A stretch of 64,000 nt of DNA from a bacterium (GTDB lineage: Bacteria > Hinthialibacterota > Hinthialibacteria > Hinthialibacterales > Hinthialibacteraceae). The notes under the pieces are model-generated. The model saw only the letters and a list, made by a program, of their open reading frames with translations, ran no database searches and was not told the DNA's origin. Position numbers and translations under genes: made by a program. The stretch is taken from NCBI GenBank assembly GCA_963662285.2, contig CAXXMV010000006.1, positions 160,001-224,000 on the forward strand. The letters run 5' to 3'. Every line of letters starts with the position of its first letter. The first letter of the stretch is position 1. Shown one piece after another: positions 9,169 to 17,968 of this stretch.

Positions 9169-11024
9169 TTTTTTAACTCCTGAGGAGAGAATTCGTTCCA
9201 TATTCCATTCTCATCAATTATTAATAAATCTAAATCTCGTTGTAATTCTAATTCAGCCATGCGGTAATTAACCATAGCCGAAGTAAGTGAGTTTTGTGAT
9301 GCAAGCAAGTCTCTTTGAGCGTCCAAAACATCACGAATGACCGCCCGTCCCGCTTGCAATTTAAGGTCTGTCATATTTACCCGTCTTTGATTGAGTACGA
9401 CGGACTGAGCTTCAATTTGCAGTCTTTCCCGCGCTTCCTGTAAATCACGCAATAGACCGCGAATGTTTAATTTGATTGAATCCTCTAAATCCTGTAAATC
9501 ACGCACGGCGCGTTCCAGAGAGAGTATGCTTTGCCGATAGGTTGCGATTTCACGGGTGCGTTCTATGGGTAAATCCAAAGAAACAACAGCGTTATAGCGG
9601 CCTTTCTCGAAATCAAGATCAAGATTATCCGCCCGGCTGGCCGAACCCAAACTGCGCCCTTCACCAACCGCAGCGCTGCCCAACAAGTTGAATTCAGCCC
9701 GTAAAGCATCCGCCGCTACAACCACATTGCGTTGCGCGTCATATACATTGCCTTGCGCTATACGCAGATCGAGCCGGTTATCTAAAGCCAATTGAATAGC
9801 TTGGCTCTCTTCTAATTCCATGGGACCGGCGTTATCCATAGTGAACGGTTCCAAAGTAACCGGAGCGTCAGCGGGAGGAACCTCTTCTCCATCCGCTTTT
9901 ACAGAAACCTCTCTGATCAAACTTTTGGCGGATTGGGTTAATCTATCTAACTCAGCCCGGTCTAATTCGATTTCAACATCAGGAGGCAACCCAAGTTGGA
10001 TTTTCAATGAATCTAAACTGCTTTGATATCTGAATTGAGAGCCTATCCAGGAGTTGCGTGAACTGTATTCCTGCTGGATGGATTGATCCACGTCGACCGG
10101 GTCTTGTTTTCCGGCGTCAGATAACCGCCGGATCAGCCGGGTGGATGTAATTGATCTACGGTAGTTGGCTTCTGCGTTATCAATCTGGTCAATAACTTGC
10201 AAGGTTGATAAATAGGTATTGGTCATACTAACCGCAAAAGTGCGTTTGTATCGTTCGAAATCGTAAATGGCGTAAAGCGCATTACGCTCGGCTTGAATCA
10301 AAGGTTCCGCTACGATATGACGCCCGGCGCCGCGCAGCAAAGGAATCGAAATAGAGGCGTCGCCGAAAAGACTGTAAGACGAAGCGCTGAACGGATTAAG
10401 CATTTTAGCAATATCAAGACCTATGCGGGATGTTAAAGTGATTCCGTTTAGGAACTTACGGGAGTAATTGGCCAGTCCGGTGTTTTCGCTGCCGCTGGTT
10501 GTTTCATTCCCGCCCAGGTCGGCGCTCAGACTGCTGTCTATTGATCCCGCGAAGGTGTGGCGGAAATTATCACGTTGCAGATCAAGATTGAGCGCCTCAC
10601 GAAAAACGGTTTCCTTGCTGGATTGATATTGCCGATTGTTTTGCGCGGCAATTTGTAGAACATCAATCAGCGTCAGTTTTAACGGATTTTCGGGATTAAA
10701 AGATGTGGCGTTTTTAATATCTTCAGCATCGAGATAATCATCCTTGGGCCAATGTTCGATTGGTTCCAGGTTTTTGGCGCCTAATGAGGCTGGACTCGAA
10801 TAGGGTATCTTTTGATCTATCATCAATCTTCGGCGTAGAGTATCCGCAGGCGGCTCTACCGAAAACGGCTCAATTTTCCCCAATGCTTTCATCTGTTTCT
10901 CTTCGATGATTTTGTATGCAGTACGGTCAACATTTTCTCTATGTTTGCCTGCTGTTGAGCAGCCAGTAATTATGAGAATCATAAGACAAGAAGCATACAT
11001 ACGGCCATTTTGTAAAATATTCAC
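9165..11024 (-). CDS. TolC-family outer membrane efflux lipoprotein
   Basis: Lipobox LIITG-C. OEP features SIPLLRGAG, ALDNRLDLR and VLDAQRDLL. First gene of the efflux operon. Confidence 0.85.
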   Translation of the reverse strand: MNILQNGRMYASCLMILIITGCSTAGKHRENVDRTAYKIIEEKQMKALGKIEPFSVEPPADTLRRRLMIDQKIPYSSPASLGAKNLEPIEHWPKDDYLDAEDIKNATSFNPENPLKLTLIDVLQIAAQNNRQYQSSKETVFREALNLDLQRDNFRHTFAGSIDSSLSADLGGNETTSGSENTGLANYSRKFLNGITLTSRIGLDIAKMLNPFSASSYSLFGDASISIPLLRGAGRHIVAEPLIQAERNALYAIYDFERYKRTFAVSMTNTYLSTLQVIDQIDNAEANYRRSITSTRLIRRLSDAGKQDPVDVDQSIQQEYSSRNSWIGSQFRYQSSLDSLKIQLGLPPDVEIELDRAELDRLTQSAKSLIREVSVKADGEEVPPADAPVTLEPFTMDNAGPMELEESQAIQLALDNRLDLRIAQGNVYDAQRNVVVAADALRAEFNLLGSAAVGEGRSLGSASRADNLDLDFEKGRYNAVVSLDLPIERTREIATYRQSILSLERAVRDLQDLEDSIKLNIRGLLRDLQEARERLQIEAQSVVLNQRRVNMTDLKLQAGRAVIRDVLDAQRDLLASQNSLTSAMVNYRMAELELQRDLDLLIIDENGIWNEFSPQELKK

Positions 11025-11084
11025 TCAGCGCCTCCAAAGATAATGATCAGAAACTACATGATTTAGCTGGTTTTGCCATTTGCG

Positions 11085-11105
11085 GGTGCGCAAATTTTGC
11101 TCACC
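11085..11105. promoter_or_regulatory. Palindromic putative operator, copy 1 (GGTGCGCAAA-T-TTTGCTCACC)
   Basis: A 9/10 dyad about 60 bp upstream of the tolC-like start. Its 14-bp core TGCGCAAATTTTGC is identical to 11400-11413. Confidence 0.5.
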
Positions 11106-11399
11106 TAAGTCCCAGTATTATCTAATCTTACTATCAATATTCGTCGTTAGCAATTATTAAATTGTTTCGTTTTTTTTTGGAAAAAAATTGATGATCCATA
11201 TGGATGTGATATTATTATAAACCTCGAATTTTCCAAGTGTAATACAATCAGAAAATTACTGTTTCATTTTCGCCCAAAAAAAATATTCAATCATTTTGAA
11301 ATTATTTGAGTTTTTTTCATATAAGTATGTGTAGTTTGAGAGATTTTGATATTAACGTTTTAAAGCAGTAGTTCAAAATCCCCCCCCAAGATGGTTCTT

Positions 11400-11415
11400 T
11401 GCGCAAATTTTGCGC
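11400..11415. promoter_or_regulatory. Palindromic putative operator, copy 2 (GCGCAAA-T-TTTGCGC)
   Basis: A perfect 7-1-7 dyad in very AT-rich DNA, about 160 bp upstream of the Memo-AMMECR1 gene. Confidence 0.5.
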
Positions 11416-11572
11416 TTTTAATGTATATTAACACTTATCAGAACCTTATCATGAAAAGAACTCTATCCGCTATAACTGTGGGAATATCTGTTATCTGCGT
11501 GATATCCTCTAAAAAATTCTCTAATCCATGATAGATTAGTGTAAAATTGATGCAATGAACTGGTGAGAGGTT

Positions 11573-13078
11573 ATGATGAAGATATTTCGTTTTGGATGCG
11601 TCGTGATCTTATTTTTATTCACTAATGCCGCATGCGCCCGGACAGGTGAGCCGGAGGTTCGCGAATCGATCCTGGCGGGGGCGTGGTACAAAGAGAGTAA
11701 GGCTGATTTGACAGAACAGGTCAGTGGATTTCTAGATAAGGTTCCGGCTTACGCCAAAGAGGCGAACCGCGTCACGGCGTTGATCGTTCCACACGCCGGG
11801 TATGAGTGGTCGGGGCAGACGGCGGCTTATGCTTATAAAGCATTGAAGGGCGCTAAGTATCAGCGCGTGGTAGTGCTGGCGCCATCGCATCATACTTCAT
11901 TCCAAGGCGGCTCGATTGCTGATGTGAAAGCTTACCAAACTCCAATGGGACGCGTTTCCTTGGATGAGCAGGCTTGTAAGGCGCTCTTGGAGAGTGAACT
12001 GTTTTCGCATAACGCCTCAGCTCATACACAGGAGCATAGCCTGGAAATCCAACTGCCTTTTTTACAGCATTTGCTGGGGGATTTTTCTCTGGTTCCGGTA
12101 GTGGTTGGGCAGATAACGCGCGGCGATTGCGAAGAGATGGCGGATTTGCTGCGTCCTCTGCTCGATTCAAAAACGCTGCTGGTAATCAGTTCGGACTTCA
12201 TCCATCAAGGTCCGCGATTCAGGTATCAACCATATAAAGAGAACATAAAGACCAATATCCGCCGCTTGGATTTCGCAGCGGTCAACCACATCCTGAACCA
12301 GGACGTACATGGGCTATGGGATTTCCTGCATACCACCCAGGCGACCATCTGTGGACGCAACCCCATTAAAATTGGATTGATGGCGCTGCCCTTGCAGACC
12401 AAAGTGGAATTCGTCCATTACGCAACTTCGGGGGATGCAACCAACGATTATAGTGAAACGGTCAGTTATTGCGCAATGGTGTTTCGTGAGGAACCAGAAT
12501 ACCTTAACCGTGAAGAATTCGATTGCCTGTTGCATATAGCACGTCAGACTTTGGTGGATAGTTTCGAGGCGGATAAGAGCAAGGAATATATTCTGCCAGA
12601 TGAGAAGGTAACCCAACGCTTGAAGGATAAGAAGGGCGTCTTTGTTACTCTCAAAAAACAAGGCCGTTTAAGGGGATGCATCGGTCATATGCAATCGCCT
12701 GAACCGCTCTATCGTAATGTCTCGCAGACCGTACTATCATCTGCTTTTCAGGATCACAGGTTTAACCAACTCACCAAAGAGGAACTCAAGGATGTGACAA
12801 TTGAAATTTCAGTCATGTCTCCCCAACAGGAGATAGAATCCTGGAAGCAAATCGTGTTGGGGCGCGATGGCATCATTATCAATAAAAAAGGAAAATCAGC
12901 GGTTTATCTGCCTCAGGTTGCTTTAGAGCAGGGCTGGGATGTTGAGGCTACCTTGAACCATTTATCTGAAAAAGCCGGATTAAAAACGGACGATTGGAAA
13001 GAAGACTGCAAATTTATCACCTTTACCGCTCAGGTATTCGGCGAAGGATATAAAACGCTGACCAAGGAAGAACAATGA
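11573..13078 (+). CDS. AmmeMemoRadiSam system protein B+A fusion (MEMO1 domain + AMMECR1 domain) with a signal-peptide-like N-terminus
   Basis: Memo motifs PHAGYEWSG, APSHH, EHSLEIQLPFLQ, ISSDFIH and TICG. AMMECR1 motifs GVFVTL, LRGCIG, DHRF and YLPQVA..KAGL. N-terminus MKIFRFGCVVILFLFTNAACA. Confidence 0.92.
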   Translation: MMKIFRFGCVVILFLFTNAACARTGEPEVRESILAGAWYKESKADLTEQVSGFLDKVPAYAKEANRVTALIVPHAGYEWSGQTAAYAYKALKGAKYQRVVVLAPSHHTSFQGGSIADVKAYQTPMGRVSLDEQACKALLESELFSHNASAHTQEHSLEIQLPFLQHLLGDFSLVPVVVGQITRGDCEEMADLLRPLLDSKTLLVISSDFIHQGPRFRYQPYKENIKTNIRRLDFAAVNHILNQDVHGLWDFLHTTQATICGRNPIKIGLMALPLQTKVEFVHYATSGDATNDYSETVSYCAMVFREEPEYLNREEFDCLLHIARQTLVDSFEADKSKEYILPDEKVTQRLKDKKGVFVTLKKQGRLRGCIGHMQSPEPLYRNVSQTVLSSAFQDHRFNQLTKEELKDVTIEISVMSPQQEIESWKQIVLGRDGIIINKKGKSAVYLPQVALEQGWDVEATLNHLSEKAGLKTDDWKEDCKFITFTAQVFGEGYKTLTKEEQ

Positions 13079-14088
13079 GCCTGGCATCACGGCGCACTAT
13101 ATTACAAACCATTGGCAAAACGTTGGCTTGCGGTCCTTTTATTATTACATCTAAAGCCGTATGCGGCGCAATGGAAACTCCGGGGATGCGCGGAAAGAGC
13201 AGGGTGATCGTCGCCCGTAAGGAAGGGGTTCTTCTGTCGAACAACCAGCTGGATATAAAATCAATGAACCAGATGCTCGACCGGACGGCTGGCGTTCTGG
13301 GCGACTCCAAGGATTCACTGGATATCTGGAGGAAACTGTTTAAATCCAGCGATATAGTGGGGCTCAAAGTAAACACCCTGGGAGGACGTATGCTTTCGCC
13401 CCATCCTGAATTGGTCTACGCCATAGCTGAACGTCTGGCGCAGGTGGGCGTTGATCCCAAACGGATTATCATCTGGGATCGCAGCGAACGGGAATTGCAA
13501 CACTCCGGTTTCGATGCAAATTCGGCGGCTGAACGGGCGCTGGTATTGGCGACGGATTCCAAAGGCATTGGCTACGAACAGGAACCGGAAATGAGCGGCA
13601 GCATCGGTTCCTGTTTTTCAAGGATCATCTCGAAAATCTGTACGGCTATGATCAATGTCGGCGTCTTGAAAGACCACGATCTTTCGGGGATTTCAGTGGG
13701 TATGAAAAACCTGTTCGGACTAATTCATAATCCTAACCGTTATCATTTCGACGTGCATAAAGACCCATACCTGCCCGATCTATGCCTTCACCCATATGTA
13801 AAAGATAAACTGCGCTTGACCATCTGCGATGGCTTCCGGGGGCAGTATAACGGAGGCCCGGCCTACAAACCCGGCGCGGTGTGGAATCACGACGGGATTC
13901 TAATGTCGCAGGATCAAGTGGCGTTGGATTCGGTGGCCGCCGATATTATCGAGCGGGAACGTCTCAAGCATAACCTGCTGTCGTTTAAGGCCATCGACCG
14001 CGAGCCGCTATACTTACAACTGGCTGAAGAGAAACGACTGGGCATAACCGACCGCTCACGCATTGATATCAAAGAAATTTCTATCTAG
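13075..14088 (+). CDS. DUF362 family protein with a twin-arginine-like leader
   Basis: VGLKVN, LKDH..GISVGMKNLFG and DQVALD motifs. N-terminal SRRTILQ. ATGA overlap with the upstream gene. Confidence 0.85.
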   Translation: MSLASRRTILQTIGKTLACGPFIITSKAVCGAMETPGMRGKSRVIVARKEGVLLSNNQLDIKSMNQMLDRTAGVLGDSKDSLDIWRKLFKSSDIVGLKVNTLGGRMLSPHPELVYAIAERLAQVGVDPKRIIIWDRSERELQHSGFDANSAAERALVLATDSKGIGYEQEPEMSGSIGSCFSRIISKICTAMINVGVLKDHDLSGISVGMKNLFGLIHNPNRYHFDVHKDPYLPDLCLHPYVKDKLRLTICDGFRGQYNGGPAYKPGAVWNHDGILMSQDQVALDSVAADIIERERLKHNLLSFKAIDREPLYLQLAEEKRLGITDRSRIDIKEISI

Positions 14089-14099
14089 AGGATTGAGTC

Positions 14100-15257
14100 A
14101 TGAAACATGAACTAACCAGACGTGATTTTATATCGGGATCAATGTGCGCCGGGTGCGCCTTAGCTGCTGGCGCTGGAGTTATGCTCAACCCACAGACCAG
14201 TTGGGCAATCTCGCAGCCTGAACTAACCAAAGAAGTTTCTGATAAGGAAGCTAAGCATTACGATAAACTCGACGACCTGAAAATTCAATGCAAATTATGC
14301 CCCAAAGAGTGCCGGGTGGCGGATAGCGAACGGGGCTATTGCGGAGTGCGTGAGAATGTCAAAGGCGTCTACAAAACTCTGGTCTACGGACGACCCTGTT
14401 CGTTGAACGTTGACCCCATTGAAAAGAAACCGCTGTTCCACTACCTGCCGGGAACCACGGCTTTCTCAATGGCCACAGCGGGTTGCAATATCGAATGTAA
14501 GTTCTGTCAGAATTGGGATATCTCGCAGTTCCGCCCCGAACAGATCAGGATGTATGATCTCCCGCCACAGGCGACGGCGAAACTGGCGAAAGAAGCGCGC
14601 TCGAACACCATCGCCTATACCTATTCCGAGCCGGTAATCTTTTATGAATACATGCTAGATACAGCGGTAGCTGCGCGTGAACTCGGCATGGGCAGCGTGA
14701 TGATTTCTAACGGATACATCCAGGAGAAGCCGCTGCGCGAACTGCTGCCCAATCTGACGGGAGTCAAGATCGATTTCAAAGGATTTACTGAAAAATTCTA
14801 TAAAGAAACCTGCTCCGGTGAATTGAAGCCTGTTTTGAAAGCGCTTGAAATCATCAAGGAATCGGGCGTCTGGCTGGAACTTGTCATCTTGATTATTCCC
14901 ACCCTCAACGATGATGATAAAGAGAACCAGGCTATGTGCGAGTGGATTGTCAAACATCTGGGCGCTGACGTCCCCATCCACCTGACCCGCTATCACCCCA
15001 TGTATAAAATGAAGAACATCCCTTCTACTCCGGTAACGACGCTGGAGCGGCTACACAAAATCGCTCTCGACGCCGGGATCAATTACGCATACATCGGCAA
15101 CGTCCCCGGACACCCATCAGAACATACCGTTTGCCCGAAATGTAAAAAGGTCTTAATCCGTCGCATCGGATACCGGATCAATATTGAAGGATTAGAGAAT
15201 GGTAAGTGTAAAGCATGTGATACAGCGATAGCCGGAGTATGGAAAGCTAGTGGGTAG
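14100..15257 (+). CDS. AmmeMemoRadiSam system radical SAM enzyme with a Tat-type leader
   Basis: CKLCPKEC..GYCGVREN, DPIEKKPLFH, the CxxxCxxC motif GCNIECKFCQNWDISQ, and C-terminal CPKC..CKAC. Leader LTRRDFI plus a hydrophobic stretch ending SWA. Confidence 0.93.
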   Translation: MKHELTRRDFISGSMCAGCALAAGAGVMLNPQTSWAISQPELTKEVSDKEAKHYDKLDDLKIQCKLCPKECRVADSERGYCGVRENVKGVYKTLVYGRPCSLNVDPIEKKPLFHYLPGTTAFSMATAGCNIECKFCQNWDISQFRPEQIRMYDLPPQATAKLAKEARSNTIAYTYSEPVIFYEYMLDTAVAARELGMGSVMISNGYIQEKPLRELLPNLTGVKIDFKGFTEKFYKETCSGELKPVLKALEIIKESGVWLELVILIIPTLNDDDKENQAMCEWIVKHLGADVPIHLTRYHPMYKMKNIPSTPVTTLERLHKIALDAGINYAYIGNVPGHPSEHTVCPKCKKVLIRRIGYRINIEGLENGKCKACDTAIAGVWKASG

Positions 15258-15270
15258 TGTGTAGTAAGTA

Positions 15271-15309
15271 GCGCGTAGGGTGGGCTAAAAGCGGTAGCGT
15301 AGCCCACCA
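15271..15309 (+). repeat. REP-like palindrome, family A, copy 2 (with GTAG foot)
   Basis: GCGCGTAGGGTGGGCTAAAAGCGGTAGCGTAGCCCACCA directly after the radical SAM stop. Confidence 0.8.
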
Positions 15310-15342
15310 GAGCCACTCAATAAATACACATGATGTGTTAAC

Positions 15343-15382
15343 AATCCTGGTGATCCTTCCATCCTGACCACCCAGATTCAGA
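15343..15382 (+). repeat. Degenerate ATCCT-periodic intergenic repeat
   Basis: AATCCTGGTGATCCTTCCATCCTGACCACCCAGATTCAGA, with ATCCT units every 8-9 bp. Confidence 0.4.
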
Positions 15383-15444
15383 AAATAACAATCCCTTTTT
15401 AATAAACTCTACTAACTTAAACATCTCAAATACATTATCTACTG

Positions 15445-15473
15445 TTGCGCCTATATGTAATATATGCTATGTT
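15445..15473 (+). promoter_or_regulatory. Putative sigma70 promoter of the LRR-phosphatase gene
   Basis: TTGCGC-17bp-TATGTT with a TGn extended -10. Confidence 0.35.
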
Positions 15474-15557
15474 GAAAAACATCTATTGCTATTCTTAATA
15501 ATACGATTTGTTTTGTCTCACCCTATAATCCACTAATCATTGTTCTGGAGGCTTCTT

Positions 15558-17900
15558 GTGAAACACCTTATTAGCGTTGTTGTCTTTCTGTTTGTGATGG
15601 TTGCTCAAGGATTTGCGCAAAATATCAATACTCCCGAGAATTTCCCCGATCCCAAATTCCGCGCTTTGGTTGAACAGTATATGGGAGTTCAACCTAGTGG
15701 GTCATTTACTGCTGAGCAAGCGGGGGCTAAAAAAGGAGTATTCGATATTAGTTACCAGGGTCTAACTATTCTGTCTGGAATTGAGTTCTTCACTGGATTA
15801 ACTGAATTGGCTTGCGAAGCAAATAAATTGACCAAACTTGATGTTTCAACAATGACTAAATTGCAAACCTTGCGTTGCAGCGACAACCGGATTGGATATC
15901 TGGATCTTACTAAAAACACGGCTTTAACCAAACTGCGTTGCGCAGCAAACCGGTTGTCCAATTTGGATCTTCCCCAAAATCCTGCAATGCAATACCTGAA
16001 TTGCGGCAGCAATTTATTATCCAGTCTTGATCTATCTGTGAATACGGAATTGATTGAGATAACCTGCAATGATTGCCAATTGAATGAACTTGATCTGACC
16101 AAAAATACTCAATTAAAGTATCTCGCGTGTCATGGAAATTTTCTGAAAAATCTGGATGTAAGTCTGAATACTGCTTTGATTAATTTATCTTGTTATTCAA
16201 ATTTTATAAATGAGTTAGATATCTCCAATAACAAGGCGCTAGAATCCCTGAGTTGTTCAAAAAACCAATTGCAGCATTTAGATGTAACTAATAATAAAAA
16301 CATAGCTACTCTATTTTGTTATGATAATATGTTATCAGAGTTAGATATTTCCCGGAACATAAGGTTATCATGGCTGGATTGCCGTACAAATCAATTGACT
16401 AAAATTGATATTTCCACCAACCCTCTTCTTGTGTATCTTTATTGCAGCAACAATTTAATAAGTGATTTGAGTTTAAGCGGAAATACAAAACTGAAGGAAC
16501 TCAAATGCAGTAATAACCAATTGTCCAGCCTTGATCTATCCAACAATGGGTCTTTAGTTTTGCTTGAATGCAACAATAACCAATTAACCGCAGTGGACTT
16601 TACCAAGCCCCAATATCTGGCGGTTCTGGACTGCGCCAACAATCAGTTTGGGAACCTGGATTTTTCTAATAATAAAATCCTGACATTTCTGGATTGCAGC
16701 GGTAATCAATTAACTCAACTAAACCTAGCCGTTAATGCAAAACTGGGGTGGATCGATTGTGATAATAATCAAATCGCTGAACTCATATTGCCCGAAAGCG
16801 ATGATTTATTTATTTTGGAATGCGCTGACAACCAACTGACGGAAATCGATGTATCGCATTATACCCAATTATACCGGCTAGATTTCAGTCGCAACCACCT
16901 AACCGGCCTGGCAGGCATTGTTTCTAATGAGCATTTATCTAAAGAGGTTTCCTTGGATATCAGAAACAACGATCTTTCAGATGATGATTGGAGCGACGTT
17001 GATATCCTGCTTGAGCGCATTGGCGAGCCTCATTTTTACTTGGAACATGCTGCGGTGCAATCCGGTTTAGTATATTCTCCCCAAAACGGATACGATCCCT
17101 ATTATTCCGGCGGAGATTATCCTTATCAAAATCCCTCTAAGGAACGGCTGATTTCTATGCAGGGAACCTGTAACACGCGCGACTTGGGAGGCTATAAAAC
17201 AGTTGATAACCGTTCCGTCAAATGGCGTATGCTCTATCGTTCAGATTTTCTTGATTTAACTACTGAAGATTTGAACATCTTTGCCAGCCTGAATCTTCGT
17301 AGCGTATGCGATTTACGAACCGCTGACCAGCGGGATGCAATTACCGACCGGTTTCCTTATGAAAACAGGCCTGGAATTCTATCTTACCCAATTGAAATAT
17401 ATACAGATATTGATTTTCCCACATCCGAAGATTTTTATATTTATTCCAACCAGCATTTTGTTTTGGATTTTTCTGATTACTTCGCCGATATTTTCCAAAG
17501 GCTTCTTGAGCCGGAAAATATTCCACTGCTCTTTCATTGTAAGAGTGGTAAAGACCGGGCCGGATTTCTCGCCGCTATGATTTTATCCGCTCTAGGAGTT
17601 CCACGCGAAACAGTATTAGAAGATTACCTGCTTACTAATTATTACCGGGAAGAAGGAAACCGGGAAAAAGTAAAATGGCTGTCATCATATGACTGGCCCG
17701 TCCGAATGGCATTAAATGCGTATTTAGCCTATCCAAGTGCAATTCAAGCTGCTTTCGATACGATTGATGAAACATACGGTTCGTTTGATAATTACTTGCA
17801 GGAAGGCCTGGGCGTAACGCCGGAAATGCGCTCCCAATTGCAGGCAATATTCCTCGAACCAGCAGAAATTACGAATATATCCAATTGGTCTTTGTATTAA
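15558..17900 (+). CDS. Secreted LRR protein fused to a protein-tyrosine/lipid phosphatase (Y_phosphatase3, PtpB/IphP-like)
   Basis: GTG start after GGAGG. Signal peptide ending QGFA. FPDPKFR N-cap followed by about 18 LRRs of 21 aa. NTRDLGGY, LYRS and DLRT motifs, P-loop HCKSGKDRAG (CX5R) and DYLLTN. Ends ISNWSLY. Confidence 0.88.
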   Translation: MKHLISVVVFLFVMVAQGFAQNINTPENFPDPKFRALVEQYMGVQPSGSFTAEQAGAKKGVFDISYQGLTILSGIEFFTGLTELACEANKLTKLDVSTMTKLQTLRCSDNRIGYLDLTKNTALTKLRCAANRLSNLDLPQNPAMQYLNCGSNLLSSLDLSVNTELIEITCNDCQLNELDLTKNTQLKYLACHGNFLKNLDVSLNTALINLSCYSNFINELDISNNKALESLSCSKNQLQHLDVTNNKNIATLFCYDNMLSELDISRNIRLSWLDCRTNQLTKIDISTNPLLVYLYCSNNLISDLSLSGNTKLKELKCSNNQLSSLDLSNNGSLVLLECNNNQLTAVDFTKPQYLAVLDCANNQFGNLDFSNNKILTFLDCSGNQLTQLNLAVNAKLGWIDCDNNQIAELILPESDDLFILECADNQLTEIDVSHYTQLYRLDFSRNHLTGLAGIVSNEHLSKEVSLDIRNNDLSDDDWSDVDILLERIGEPHFYLEHAAVQSGLVYSPQNGYDPYYSGGDYPYQNPSKERLISMQGTCNTRDLGGYKTVDNRSVKWRMLYRSDFLDLTTEDLNIFASLNLRSVCDLRTADQRDAITDRFPYENRPGILSYPIEIYTDIDFPTSEDFYIYSNQHFVLDFSDYFADIFQRLLEPENIPLLFHCKSGKDRAGFLAAMILSALGVPRETVLEDYLLTNYYREEGNREKVKWLSSYDWPVRMALNAYLAYPSAIQAAFDTIDETYGSFDNYLQEGLGVTPEMRSQLQAIFLEPAEITNISNWSLY

Positions 17901-17903
17901 ACC

Positions 17904-17968
17904 AGCGCGTAGGGCTAAAAGCGCATTTGGTGGGCTAAAAGCCGCAAAGCGGCATAGCCCACCAAATT
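17904..17968 (+). repeat. REP-like palindrome, family A, copy 3 (a partial plus a full unit) between convergent genes
   Basis: AGCGCGTAGGGCTAAAAGC followed by TTTGGTGGGCTAAAAGCCGCAAAGCGGCATAGCCCACCAAA, near-identical to 5165-5213. Confidence 0.8.

Noticed and set aside
11060-11080. Sigma54 -24/-12 promoter (TGGCA on the minus strand) upstream of the tolC-like gene
   Set aside because: The GG-to-GC spacing is 8 nt rather than the required 10.
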